A stretch of 64,000 bases of DNA from a virus: the IMG/VR virus record IMGVR_UViG_3300004806_000016. One strand, written 5' to 3'. The number at the start of each line of letters is the position of its first letter. Positions within the stretch are counted from its first letter, which is position 1. A program made the translations under genes and the position numbers. A model generated the notes under the pieces. It searched no databases and had not been told where the DNA came from. It saw only the letters and a list, made by a program, of their open reading frames with translations. Below, in pieces: positions 32,191-42,609 of the stretch.

Positions 32191-32715
32191 ATGACAGCAA
32201 TAGACAATACACCAGTAAACAAGAATTTCTTGAGTCCGCTTAATTTCGTATTCCAGATTAAGCGTTCACCTCATCTTAACTTCTTTATTCAAAAAGTCAA
32301 CCTTCCATCATTATCTCTCAATTACCCACAACAGCCAACACCATTTACGACTATCTGGGTTCCAGGCGAACATCTAACATATGGAACACTAGATGTTGAG
32401 TTTAAGGTTGATGAAGATTTACAGAACTGGTTTGAAATTCATAACTGGTTAAGATCACTCGGTTTTCCTGATAACTTTGGTGAATATAATACGATTGAAA
32501 AACAGACACCAACAAGCGGTAAGGGTATTAGATCAGATATATCTCTAATCTTATTGAACGCTGTTAAACTACCAAGATGGGAAATAACATTTAGAGAAGC
32601 ATTTCCTACATCATTATCTGCTCTTCAATTCGGCACTACTGATGAATCTGTAAATTACATTACTGCAACAGCTTCCTTTAGATTTATCTTATACGACGTT
32701 AACGAAGTTACTTGA
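32191..32715 (+). CDS. gp3: Tail completion protein gp3
   Basis: NFLSP..F, F.VDEDLQNW.EIHNWL. Confidence 0.85.
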   Translation: MTAIDNTPVNKNFLSPLNFVFQIKRSPHLNFFIQKVNLPSLSLNYPQQPTPFTTIWVPGEHLTYGTLDVEFKVDEDLQNWFEIHNWLRSLGFPDNFGEYNTIEKQTPTSGKGIRSDISLILLNAVKLPRWEITFREAFPTSLSALQFGTTDESVNYITATASFRFILYDVNEVT

Positions 32716-32740
32716 CTTTTATTGTCTTTTATAGTATTAT
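32712..32740 (+). promoter_or_regulatory. Sigma70-type promoter for uvsY/uvsW
   Basis: TTGACT-N17-TATTAT. Confidence 0.55.
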
Positions 32741-32769
32741 TATACTGTAATTAAGATTGTGGAGTAGGT

Positions 32770-33204
32770 ATGAAGATCGAGTCGATATTTGAAGAGTGGG
32801 AAAAAGATTCGCAGATTGATAAGACGGATCTAGACGAAGAGTCCCTAAAGATACCAAAATTACACCATAAATACTACCGTCAGTTTGTATCTGAACGGTT
32901 GCTTTGTCGTAAGCTCGAAGCAGATATGAAACAGCTTAAACTAGAGAAGCATGAGTTTTATACTCAGGGACCAACTAAAGAGACTCAGGAAAAAGGTTGG
33001 CAGCTACCAGCAAAAGGAATGATCCTTAAGAACGATCTACCTATGTATATTGATGCGGATAAAGATATAATTGAACTGTCTCTTAAGATCGGTTACCAGT
33101 TAGAAAAAATTGATCTGTTAGAATCTATACTTAAAACATTACAGAACAGAGGCTATAATATTAAGACTGCTGTTGACTGGATTAAATTTACACAAGGCAA
33201 TTAA
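32770..33204 (+). CDS. uvsY: Recombination mediator UvsY
   Basis: WEKDSQID...IPKLHHKY...RGYNIKTAVDW. Confidence 0.9.
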   Translation: MKIESIFEEWEKDSQIDKTDLDEESLKIPKLHHKYYRQFVSERLLCRKLEADMKQLKLEKHEFYTQGPTKETQEKGWQLPAKGMILKNDLPMYIDADKDIIELSLKIGYQLEKIDLLESILKTLQNRGYNIKTAVDWIKFTQGN

Positions 33205-34652
33205 TGGATATTATTAGAATCGAGAAAGTCGACGAAGTCTATAATAAAGTTACAGCTGATCCAGGTGTTGCCTACGAGATCAACGAATACTTTACATTTG
33301 ACGTCCCAGGCGCCAAATTTATGCCAGCTTATAGGAATAAGATGTGGGACGGTAAGATTCGTCTCTACAACACCATGACTGGATATCTGTATGCAGGTCT
33401 GAATAAATATGTAGAAGAGTTTGCTAGGACTCGCAACTATGATATAGAATATGCGAGTGATTTTGCTGCTGATGAATTTTCATTAAAAGAAGCAATGGAT
33501 TTTATCAACAAACTACAGATACCGACTAAATTTGATCAACGTGATTATCAGATTGAGGCATTTATCTACGCAGTCCGTAATCGTAGAGCATTGATGCTTT
33601 CTCCTACAGCTTCTGGTAAATCTTTTATTATCTATCTATTGGCGAGGTATTATGATGCGAAGACTCTCATTATTGTTCCGACGACTTCTCTGGTCCATCA
33701 GATGGCGACTGACTTTACAGAATATGGATATACGAGCCCCATACACAAAATACAAGCGGGTGTCGACAAAAATGTCAATACGCAAATTACAGTCTCAACA
33801 TGGCAATCAATATACAAACAACCGAAAGGTTGGTTCGATCAGTTCGAGGTAGTTATCGGTGATGAAGCTCATCTATTCAAAGCCAAATCTCTTTCTAGTA
33901 TTATGTCTAAGTTACAAAATTGTCGTTATCGCTTTGGTTTTACTGGGACTCTGGATGACACACAAACACATAAACTTGTTTTAGAGGGTCTTTTTGGTGC
34001 TGTTAGACGTGTAACCACAACAGCTAAATTAATTGAGGATAAACATCTTTCTAGTTTTCTAATCAAGGCGATTGTCCTTAAATATCCAGACAAAGAGCGT
34101 CAGCTCATAGCCTCTTATGACTATCAAAAAGAGATAGATTGGCTTGTTACTCTGGCTGCTCGTAATAATTTTATCAAGAATCTAGCTTTATCCCTCCATG
34201 GCAATACACTGTTGATGTTTCAGTTTGTTGATAAGCATGGTAAAATATTATATGATATGATACAAAAAGCAACCAACCAGCCAGTGTTTTTTGTTCATGG
34301 TGGTGTTAGTGGAGATGAACGTGAAGAGATACGTAGGATCGTTTCAAAAGAAAATAATGCTATTATTATTGCTAGTTCGGGAACTTTCTCCACAGGTGTT
34401 AACATTCCTAATCTGTCTAACATTATATTTGGGAGTCCTTCAAAATCCAAGATTAGAAATTTACAATCAATTGGTCGCGTTTTACGTAAATCAGATAACA
34501 AGACTAGCGCAACATTATATGACATTGCTGATGATTTAAGCTGGAAGACTAAAAAGAATTTTACTATACTACATTTTGTTGAGCGTATGAAGATATACAA
34601 TGAGGAAAAATTTGACTATAAGATATATCCTGTAAATTTGAAAGTGGAATAA
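33204..34652 (+). CDS. uvsW: SF2 helicase UvsW
   Basis: SPTASGKS, GDEAH, QSIGRVLR. Confidence 0.95.
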   Translation: MDIIRIEKVDEVYNKVTADPGVAYEINEYFTFDVPGAKFMPAYRNKMWDGKIRLYNTMTGYLYAGLNKYVEEFARTRNYDIEYASDFAADEFSLKEAMDFINKLQIPTKFDQRDYQIEAFIYAVRNRRALMLSPTASGKSFIIYLLARYYDAKTLIIVPTTSLVHQMATDFTEYGYTSPIHKIQAGVDKNVNTQITVSTWQSIYKQPKGWFDQFEVVIGDEAHLFKAKSLSSIMSKLQNCRYRFGFTGTLDDTQTHKLVLEGLFGAVRRVTTTAKLIEDKHLSSFLIKAIVLKYPDKERQLIASYDYQKEIDWLVTLAARNNFIKNLALSLHGNTLLMFQFVDKHGKILYDMIQKATNQPVFFVHGGVSGDEREEIRRIVSKENNAIIIASSGTFSTGVNIPNLSNIIFGSPSKSKIRNLQSIGRVLRKSDNKTSATLYDIADDLSWKTKKNFTILHFVERMKIYNEEKFDYKIYPVNLKVE

Positions 34653-35210
34653 ATGGCAACAGCACCCAGAAAAAAGAAACAACACTACGTCAATAACAGA
34701 ACACTCTTTGAAAAGATGCAAGAGTATAAGGCTGCTAGGATATTAGCAGAATCTGAAGATAGACCTCCTCCTAAGATTCCTAGATATATCGGAGAGTGTT
34801 TATTGATGATCTGCACCAAATTAGCAACCAAACCTAATTTTTCTGGGTATACATATAGAGACGAGATGGTGGCTGACGGTATAGAAAACTGTATCGCGGC
34901 AGTTGATAATTTTGATCCAGATAGATATAATAATCCTTTCGCCTATTTTACACAGATCGCATGGAATGCTTTTATCCGTAGGATTAACAGAGAAAAGAAG
35001 CAGTCTTATATTAAACATAAGAATTATCAGAACAATTATCTGATGAGCGATCAACAAATGGAATCTATTACAACAAATGAATATTCTGATGACTTAATTA
35101 AATCTTTTGAAGATAAGATGGTAGTAAAGAAACCTGCTACTACCAAAAGATCTGGTGTTGAATTATTTGCAAATGGAGATGTTAAGAGTGAAAATAGCGT
35201 TAATAACTGA
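34653..35210 (+). CDS. gp55: Late sigma factor gp55
   Basis: HYVNN, PNFSGYTYRDEM..DGIENC, NPFAYFTQI. Confidence 0.95.
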   Translation: MATAPRKKKQHYVNNRTLFEKMQEYKAARILAESEDRPPPKIPRYIGECLLMICTKLATKPNFSGYTYRDEMVADGIENCIAAVDNFDPDRYNNPFAYFTQIAWNAFIRRINREKKQSYIKHKNYQNNYLMSDQQMESITTNEYSDDLIKSFEDKMVVKKPATTKRSGVELFANGDVKSENSVNN

Positions 35211-36258
35211 TACGCATTGGGGTATTCGTAATGATAATTCTGCATTTATGGACAATAGCAAAAAGTTTTTAGATGATGTCTTTTTTCCACGACTTAGCTC
35301 TATGGGTGTTAATCATATCATCCATCTTGGTGATATTGTTGACCGCCGTAAGTATATCAATTTTCTTACTGCGAAGCGTCTTCGTGATGATTTTCTTGAT
35401 CCTCTTGAAACTATGGGAATCTCTATAGACATCATTGCTGGTAACCATGATGTTTATTATAAGAATACAAATGAAGTAAATGCGCTTGAGGAGTTGATTA
35501 ATGGGAAATACAAAAACGTCCGCATCTTTACGGAGGCTAGTACTGTCGCTCAGAAAGATGATACACCGATACTATATGTCCCTTGGATCAACAACCAAAA
35601 CCGAGCAGACACTCTCAAAGAAATACAAGATTCCAAATCACAAATCGTTTTGGGGCACCTTGAGCTTGAGGGTTTTCAAATGTATAGAGGATCTGCTGTC
35701 TCTCATGGAGATAGTCCTGATCTCTTTGGCCGCTTTGATCTTGTGTGCTCTGGTCATTATCATCATAAGTCCACTATTGGTAACATTCATTATCTTGGCT
35801 CTCATTGCCAGTTTACATGGAGTGACTATGACGATCCTCGGGGGTTCCACATCCTCGACACCGAAACAAAAGAGTTGACTTTTATAGAGAATTTATATAG
35901 AATGTTTAATAAGGTCTGGTATAATGATTCTGATAAGACTATATCAGACGTGTTAGATCATGACTTTGATCAATATAAGAATCAGATCGTAAAGGTTATC
36001 GTAACAAATAAATCTAATCCTTACTGGTTTGATATGTTTATTGAGAAATTAGAAAAGGTTGGGACTCTAGAGATGCAGATCGTGGAAGATAATCTTAATC
36101 TTTATCTTGAGAGTGATGATGATATCATCAATGAAGCTGAAAGCACCCTAGATATATTCAACAAATATATTGATCAGTATGACGGTAATACTATCAATAA
36201 GAAAAAACTGCAGACTACGATTACAGATCTATACAATGAGGCATTGACCGTAGAATGA
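35188..36258 (+). CDS. gp47: Recombination endonuclease subunit gp47 (Mre11/SbcD-like)
   Basis: DTHWG, GDIVD, GNHD, GHYH; start uncertain (GTG 35188 or ATG 35179). Confidence 0.93.
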   Translation: MKIALITDTHWGIRNDNSAFMDNSKKFLDDVFFPRLSSMGVNHIIHLGDIVDRRKYINFLTAKRLRDDFLDPLETMGISIDIIAGNHDVYYKNTNEVNALEELINGKYKNVRIFTEASTVAQKDDTPILYVPWINNQNRADTLKEIQDSKSQIVLGHLELEGFQMYRGSAVSHGDSPDLFGRFDLVCSGHYHHKSTIGNIHYLGSHCQFTWSDYDDPRGFHILDTETKELTFIENLYRMFNKVWYNDSDKTISDVLDHDFDQYKNQIVKVIVTNKSNPYWFDMFIEKLEKVGTLEMQIVEDNLNLYLESDDDIINEAESTLDIFNKYIDQYDGNTINKKKLQTTITDLYNEALTVE

Positions 36259-37964
36259 TTGTATTTAAAAAATTACGCTGGAAGAATTTTCTTTCTACTG
36301 GTAATGTATTTACTGAAATAGATTTAAACAAACATAATACGACTCTTATTATCGGCGAGAATGGTGCTGGAAAGTCAACCATTCTTGACGCATTGTCATA
36401 TTCTCTGTTTGGTAAACCTTTCCGTAAGATTAAGAAACAGCAGATTATCAATTCTATAACCAAGAAAAACTTGATGGTAGAAGTTGAGTTTTCTATTGGT
36501 CCAAATAACTTTAAGATTCGTAGGGGTAACTGGCCGACTGTATTTGAAGTATATCAGAATGATGAGCTTCTGAATCAATCCGCAGAGATGAAAGATTATC
36601 AGGAGGTATTGGAAAAATATATCCTGAAGATCAATCATAAGTCATTCTGTCAGGTAGTCGTGTTGGGTTCGGCTACGTTCCTGCCATTTATGCAGTTATC
36701 TACTGGTTCTCGCCGAGAGATTATTGAAGACCTGTTAGATCTTCAAATATTCACGACTATGAATAATCTATTGAAAGATAAGATTACTGATAATAGAGAT
36801 AATATAACTGATCTACAGTATAATCAGAAATCAGTACAGGAAAAGATTAAACTTATCCGCGAACATATGTTAGAGATGCAAAATAACAATGATGTTATCA
36901 TTGCTGAAAAGAAAGATCGCATAGAGGCATCTAAGAAACAGATTGAAGATCACAACGGAACGATTGAAGATATAAAAACTATCGTACAAGATATGGCTAA
37001 AAAGACTGGTAGTCTTGAATCTCTAGAAAAGAAGATGAATAAACTATCAAGTCTACGCCATAAGATCGAGGCCAATCTTGCTGTATTGAACAGAGAAGTC
37101 AGTTTCTTTCATGATAATGATAGCTGCCCAACATGCAAACAAGAGATTGATAAAGATTTTAAGTGCGATGCTATCGAGTCTAGAAAGACAAATATATCTG
37201 AGATTCAGGATGGCCTAACTAAACTATCCGAGGAATATGATAAGACTGATACTGAGATAAAAGAGATGTTGTCTATAAACGATAATATCCGTCAAAAGAC
37301 TATCGAATTGAATATCATATCAACTAAGATAAGTTCGTTGAATACCTACATCAACCAGATAGAAAATGAGATTAGTTCTATCCGTCAGACTGAAGAAGAT
37401 AAGGACGAGTCTAAACTATCAGATCTTGAGATTGAACTGGCCCATATAAGCCAGAGATTACATTCTCTTAATGATGATAAGATGATATTGGCGGCTGCAT
37501 CTACTCTGTTGAAGGATGGCGGTATTAAGTCTAAGATTATTCGTCAGTATGTCCCAGTCATCAATAAACTGATCAACAAATATCTATCAGCGATGGAGTT
37601 TCTTGTTCAGTTTGAACTCGATGAAGAATTTAATGAGACGATTAAATCTAGGTTCCGTGATGAATTTTCCTATACATCTTTCAGCGAAGGCGAAAAGATG
37701 CGTATCAATCTGGCTATTCTGTTTGCTTGGCGAGCAGTGGCTAAACTTCGTAACTCCATAAATACTAACATTCTGATCATGGATGAAGTGTTTGATAGTT
37801 CTCTTGACGCTAATGGTACCGAAGAATTTATGAAGATCTTAAATACTATCACGATTGATACGAATACGTTTATCATTAGTCATAAGACTGATCAGATTAG
37901 TGATAAATTTGACAATGTAATTAAATTTGAAAAACATAAAAACTTTAGCAGGATAGCATCATGA
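36255..37964 (+). CDS. gp46: Recombination ATPase gp46 (Rad50/SbcC-like)
   Basis: GENGAGKS, CPTC zinc hook, FSEGE, MDEVFD. Confidence 0.96.
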   Translation: MIVFKKLRWKNFLSTGNVFTEIDLNKHNTTLIIGENGAGKSTILDALSYSLFGKPFRKIKKQQIINSITKKNLMVEVEFSIGPNNFKIRRGNWPTVFEVYQNDELLNQSAEMKDYQEVLEKYILKINHKSFCQVVVLGSATFLPFMQLSTGSRREIIEDLLDLQIFTTMNNLLKDKITDNRDNITDLQYNQKSVQEKIKLIREHMLEMQNNNDVIIAEKKDRIEASKKQIEDHNGTIEDIKTIVQDMAKKTGSLESLEKKMNKLSSLRHKIEANLAVLNREVSFFHDNDSCPTCKQEIDKDFKCDAIESRKTNISEIQDGLTKLSEEYDKTDTEIKEMLSINDNIRQKTIELNIISTKISSLNTYINQIENEISSIRQTEEDKDESKLSDLEIELAHISQRLHSLNDDKMILAAASTLLKDGGIKSKIIRQYVPVINKLINKYLSAMEFLVQFELDEEFNETIKSRFRDEFSYTSFSEGEKMRINLAILFAWRAVAKLRNSINTNILIMDEVFDSSLDANGTEEFMKILNTITIDTNTFIISHKTDQISDKFDNVIKFEKHKNFSRIAS

Positions 37965-38443
37965 TTTTAGTTGAACATACAGATCCGATTCTTACTACGA
38001 AATGTGAGCCATACAACTTTGTTAAATCATCAGAAGATCCAGTTGAGCTGGCCCAGAATATGGTAAAATTTATGTATGATAACAACGCTCTTGGCCTTTC
38101 AGCAAATCAGATTGGTTTGAATTATAGAGTGTTTGCTATGCGTGGTTACCCAGAAAACTTTGTATGTTTCAATCCTCGCATCGTCCAGCCTGGAGAACAG
38201 ATTGTCTCATTAGAAGAGACTAGTGTTACACATCCAGGTCTTATAGTAAAGGTAAAACGACCACAACATATTCGTGTTCGTTTCCAGACTCCGAATGGTG
38301 ATACTAGGACTGAGACTTTTACGGGTATGACTGCAAGAATATTCCAACAACAGCTTGACTTTATTGACGGAATACCGTATTATAGTAGAGCTAACAAATA
38401 TCATAAAGACCAAGCATTTAAAAAATGGAAAAAATCAGCATGA
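37961..38443 (+). CDS. def: Peptide deformylase homolog with degenerate active site
   Basis: GLSANQIG, FNPRI, VKRP..I.V fold motifs; EGCLS reads ETSVT and HExDH reads QQLDF. Confidence 0.8.
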   Translation: MILVEHTDPILTTKCEPYNFVKSSEDPVELAQNMVKFMYDNNALGLSANQIGLNYRVFAMRGYPENFVCFNPRIVQPGEQIVSLEETSVTHPGLIVKVKRPQHIRVRFQTPNGDTRTETFTGMTARIFQQQLDFIDGIPYYSRANKYHKDQAFKKWKKSA

Positions 38444-38976
38444 ATATTTTCTACATAGACCACGATCCAATACAGGCTGCTCGCTGGATGGTTGACAAAC
38501 ATGTTGTTAAGATGATTCTAGAGTCAGCACAACTATTGTCAACTGCTCATCGTGTATTAGATGGTATGGAAAGAATTGGTCTAACTCCTAATGGCCGAAA
38601 ACGAAAAGAGTGGGTATTACCCGATGCTCGCGAAAGTATCGTATATGCTGCTACACATATTAATCACCCTTCAGCTGTCTGGTGTCGTAAATCTATAGAA
38701 AATTATACTTGGCTTTCCGAACATCTATATGCTCTTTTAGACGAGTATACGTATCGTTATGAGAAACGCCATAAATGTTCAGAGATCGCATATACTCTAC
38801 AGTCTCCTCCGCATAAACTTAAAGATTGGGACTGGACTCCGATGCCTTCTTGTATGGCTGAAGAATATATTATCAGTAAAGACCCTATCACTAACTACCG
38901 CAATTACTACAAGATCGGCAAAGCTACTATGCACTCTTGGAAGAAACGCGAACAACCAGAATGGATTACAGCATGA
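38440..38976 (+). CDS. Pyrimidine-dimer glycosylase / DenV-like family protein
   Basis: MNIFYID..P...A....DKHVVKMILESAQLLSTAH, HINHP, YRNYY. Confidence 0.7.
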   Translation: MNIFYIDHDPIQAARWMVDKHVVKMILESAQLLSTAHRVLDGMERIGLTPNGRKRKEWVLPDARESIVYAATHINHPSAVWCRKSIENYTWLSEHLYALLDEYTYRYEKRHKCSEIAYTLQSPPHKLKDWDWTPMPSCMAEEYIISKDPITNYRNYYKIGKATMHSWKKREQPEWITA

Positions 38977-39362
38977 GTTTTTATACAGACGTAAAAGATT
39001 TTCACATTGCTTTTGGTCAGCGTGTTGGTACTAGACCAGAGTTGCCAAATATGAATGAGCGTAATTTACGTATCAAACTATTGGCTGAAGAATATAGAGA
39101 ATACACAGTCGCAGAAAATGAGAACGATATCGTAGAGATTGCTGATGCTTTGGCTGATATTATCTATATCGCATGCGGAACAGCAGTTTCTTATGGGATT
39201 CCTCTAGATATATTGTTTGCTGAAGTGCACCGTTCTAATATGGCAAAACTTGTAAATGGCAAGGTTCTCCGTCGTGAAGATGGAAAGATACAAAAACCAG
39301 AAGGCTGGAAAGCTCCGGATGTTAAGGCGATTTTGTATCCCAGCCATGATTATAACGCTTGA
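38973..39362 (+). CDS. MazG-like all-alpha NTP pyrophosphatase
   Basis: EEYREY, EIADALADIIY, EVHRSNMAK, DGKIQKP. Confidence 0.85.
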   Translation: MSFYTDVKDFHIAFGQRVGTRPELPNMNERNLRIKLLAEEYREYTVAENENDIVEIADALADIIYIACGTAVSYGIPLDILFAEVHRSNMAKLVNGKVLRREDGKIQKPEGWKAPDVKAILYPSHDYNA

Positions 39363-39387
39363 CAAATTGTATAAAATGGTATATAAT
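39359..39387 (+). promoter_or_regulatory. Sigma70 consensus promoter for the TET operon
   Basis: TTGACA-N17-TATAAT. Confidence 0.85.
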
Positions 39388-39430
39388 TTTGTCTATATAG
39401 TTTGGTAATGCACTTTTTGAGGAGACACAT

Positions 39431-40744
39431 ATGGTAGAAGTTCTTATATTGCCTAAACATGATGCTGAAGAAACTCTCGGCACATTTATTACATGCAAAG
39501 ATTACGCAGATCGTTTGATTGATTATGATTGTGACGTGTATGCTTTAGATCCTCTGGATCCCACCAAAGCCGATGAAGAAAACATTATCTTCAAATACCG
39601 CAAAAATATCTTTACTAAAGAAGAATGCGATATGGCGTATGCTGGATTGCGAGATGCTGCTGTTGAATCGCAGAACCGTGGTATGGCTGCTGGCCCTCGT
39701 GGCGATCAGCTTGGAGCTGAAGGTCGTGGTAATCGTGATTGGGTAACACCAGAGCAGGAAGAAATCCTTTCTTTTATTGCTCGCCCAATAAATACTATTG
39801 ATGATGGTACTACTATCGAATCAATTAAAGAGAGCCATAAGAAAGGTTCTAAAGAAGAGACTCGCGGACGTGTATGGTTGCGTTCCGAAGTTACTAAATT
39901 GTATCCTGAATATCATGGTTGGTTTGATAAGTGGCTTGCTGGTATCCATAATAAATCTCGAGAAGAACAGATTGTTGAAGCTAAGAATATCGCCGATAAC
40001 TGGATCTCCGAAACAAATTATGCTCAGTCAGTAATGTCTGGTATTGCTGGTTACTTTGACCGTTATCCTCGTATCCCATACGGTCGCGAGACTTCTTATA
40101 CTGAAAAGAATCGCGAGAAATTTGCGATGGCTTATCCCTACCTTCAGAAACTGAATGCTCAGTTTAAAGAATTGCTTCCTGTTCGCTGGGGTAACCAACG
40201 TAAAGCTGCCGATCAGCTTGATCCTAAATTCCTTGTTGAAGGAACAGTATTTACTACTCTAACAGTCAATCATAACTGGCGTACAGCTTGCCACCGAGAT
40301 GCGGGAGATTTGCATGAAGGATTCTCTAACATTTGTGGTATCACAGGCCCAGAAGGAAAAGGTTGGAAAGGCGCTGAGTTCATCCTACCTGAGTTTAGGG
40401 TGGCTATTAACCTTCAGCCTGGAGATATGTTGCTGGTTAACAATCACGGCGGGATTCACGGTAATGATGCTCTTATCGGGGATGATAATGACCGTCTTAC
40501 TCTTGTGTCCTATTTCCGTGAGAAAATGGTTGAACTGAAGTCTTGGGATTATGAACATCTCCGCAAACAATATGTTGAAGAGCGACGCATGAATCACAGT
40601 CATCCTTTACATCGCCCATTGTGGAATGGCGTTTCTCCAGGAATGTGGGAAGATAAAGAATGGTATGATTATATGGCGGCTCATAGTATGCCCGACCCAT
40701 ATGCGTCATCAGCAGCTGCAAGTCTGGAGTCATTTTTCGGATGA
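39431..40744 (+). CDS. TET/JBP-family 2OG-Fe(II) dioxygenase (5-methylpyrimidine oxidase)
   Basis: FTTLTVN.NWRTACHRDAGD, LQPGDMLL, IHGN, RLTLVSYFREKM. Confidence 0.85.
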   Translation: MVEVLILPKHDAEETLGTFITCKDYADRLIDYDCDVYALDPLDPTKADEENIIFKYRKNIFTKEECDMAYAGLRDAAVESQNRGMAAGPRGDQLGAEGRGNRDWVTPEQEEILSFIARPINTIDDGTTIESIKESHKKGSKEETRGRVWLRSEVTKLYPEYHGWFDKWLAGIHNKSREEQIVEAKNIADNWISETNYAQSVMSGIAGYFDRYPRIPYGRETSYTEKNREKFAMAYPYLQKLNAQFKELLPVRWGNQRKAADQLDPKFLVEGTVFTTLTVNHNWRTACHRDAGDLHEGFSNICGITGPEGKGWKGAEFILPEFRVAINLQPGDMLLVNNHGGIHGNDALIGDDNDRLTLVSYFREKMVELKSWDYEHLRKQYVEERRMNHSHPLHRPLWNGVSPGMWEDKEWYDYMAAHSMPDPYASSAAASLESFFG

Positions 40745-41505
40745 TTGTAACTGTCCAGTCTGCAAATAGATCTGAAAAAGTCGGAGCTCTCTTGAAAAAG
40801 ATTGCTCCGATTGATCCTATCTTTTATGTTCCTATGTGGCAGGTCCAGGATTATATTTCTGCTGGTGCAAATTATGTCGTTGGCGTAGAAGGTGTTATGC
40901 CAATGAAACCAAAACAGCTTAATGCTGCTCTTAATGATTTTCAGGGCGAGACTATTGTTACTATGGATGACGATTTCGTCAGCTGTGTATCTGTAACACC
41001 TGATAAGAAGGCCAAGGGTTGTTCTCTTAAAGATTTAATTGAACAGACGCTAGAGGAATTTGAAAAGTCCGATGCTGAGTTGGCAGGATTCTCAACAACT
41101 TCTAATCCTTTCTTTCTGCGCACTACCGAGAGTGAGAGTTTCGGTATGATTACTGGCCAGATATTGTTTCACAAATCTAATGGTATTTTGTTTGATGAAG
41201 CAATGAATGAGATGGAAGATCTTGAATATATCATTCAGCATCACCTACATAAAGGTATATTGAAGATTAACAGGTTCGTTGTCAATTTTCACATCTTCGG
41301 TAGAAACGAAAATGATGATGCTAAATACTCTGGCGGTTATAAAGGGTTCAGGACTAAAGAGACTGAATTTAAAACATATAACTATATGAGAAACAAGCAT
41401 CCTACAGCTTTCTCTAATAAGATCGAATACAATAAGACTGCTGATATACCCAAGAGAGTTATGTGGCAAAAATTGACAGAGCGTGGTGGCGCGACTCTAT
41501 TTTGA
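40741..41505 (+). CDS. TET-associated GT-A glycosyltransferase
   Basis: VQSANR, MDDD (DxD), MEDLEY, GGY; overlaps the TET stop codon. Confidence 0.7.
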   Translation: MIVTVQSANRSEKVGALLKKIAPIDPIFYVPMWQVQDYISAGANYVVGVEGVMPMKPKQLNAALNDFQGETIVTMDDDFVSCVSVTPDKKAKGCSLKDLIEQTLEEFEKSDAELAGFSTTSNPFFLRTTESESFGMITGQILFHKSNGILFDEAMNEMEDLEYIIQHHLHKGILKINRFVVNFHIFGRNENDDAKYSGGYKGFRTKETEFKTYNYMRNKHPTAFSNKIEYNKTADIPKRVMWQKLTERGGATLF

Positions 41506-41513
41506 GGTGACTT

Positions 41514-42305
41514 ATGATTGATTATGAAATTGCTATCCCGTCCTACAAACGACCAGAGACTATCAAGAAAAAGACTCTAAAGGTTCTTGAAAGTTATAAT
41601 ATCGACCCCAATCGTGTTACCATTTTTGTTGCTGATGCTGAAGAGTTGGAATCGTACACCAAATCTTTGTTAGGCACACCATATCAAAAGCTGGTTGTCG
41701 GTGTTCCGACCATTGGCGCTCAGCGTAACTTTATCGAAAAGTATTACCTTGAGGGAACACGACTGATGATGTTTGATGATGACATCGAAGAAGTGCAGGT
41801 TAAGATTAGCGAACAGAAACTTGGTCGTGTTGTTGATCTTGAAAAAGAAATCATTCAACAGGGTTTTACTGAATGCGAGAAAGCTGGTGCTAAGACATTC
41901 GGTATCTATGCTGCATCAAATGCTTATTTTATGAAGGACAGGATCTATACTAAACTCTGTTACATCATCGCTTCTATGTTTGGTGTTATCGTAGAGCATG
42001 ATGATTTTCTTGCTCGTGTTACCAATCATGGCGAAGATTATGAATATTCTATTCGTCAATATATTAAGAACGGTTGTGTAGTTCGTCTTGATAATTACAC
42101 CGTCAAATCAAATTATTACAAAGAAGACGGTGGCCTTCAGACTATCCGTACGAAACAGTATGTTTATGATTCTATTAAGAAGATTACAGAGATGTTTCCT
42201 AATCATTGCACCATGTATATTCGCGAGACTACGGGGCATGCTGAATTAAAACTTAAAGATAAGATTGGACCAGTAGGTTCAACGCTTGACAATTTCTTCA
42301 ACTGA
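41514..42305 (+). CDS. TET-associated GT-A glycosyltransferase
   Basis: IAIPSYKR, QRNFI, FDDDI, GEDYEYS, GGLQ. Confidence 0.8.
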   Translation: MIDYEIAIPSYKRPETIKKKTLKVLESYNIDPNRVTIFVADAEELESYTKSLLGTPYQKLVVGVPTIGAQRNFIEKYYLEGTRLMMFDDDIEEVQVKISEQKLGRVVDLEKEIIQQGFTECEKAGAKTFGIYAASNAYFMKDRIYTKLCYIIASMFGVIVEHDDFLARVTNHGEDYEYSIRQYIKNGCVVRLDNYTVKSNYYKEDGGLQTIRTKQYVYDSIKKITEMFPNHCTMYIRETTGHAELKLKDKIGPVGSTLDNFFN

Positions 42306-42312
42306 GGTTATA

Positions 42313-42609
42313 ATGGATAATATTAGCTACAAATATTCTGAAGATAAGAGTTTGGCTGAGATTGCAGCCTATATAGATGAGACATACTCTCAGCACTATT
42401 CCCAAAACAAATTTCAAGCAACTGAGTTTATTATCGACTCTGGTCTTGGTACAGGTTTTTGTATGGGTAATGTTATGAAATATGCTCAGCGTTATGGTAA
42501 GAAGGGTACTCCTGCTGACTGGCGCAAAGACTTACTAAAAGTTATTCACTACGCGATTATGCAATTACACGTTCATGAATTAGAAAATGGAGATAAGAAT
42601 GGAAATTAA
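42313..42609 (+). CDS. DUF3310-like protein
   Basis: HYS, GFCMGNVMKYAQRYGKKG, DLLKVIHY. Confidence 0.75.
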   Translation: MDNISYKYSEDKSLAEIAAYIDETYSQHYSQNKFQATEFIIDSGLGTGFCMGNVMKYAQRYGKKGTPADWRKDLLKVIHYAIMQLHVHELENGDKNGN

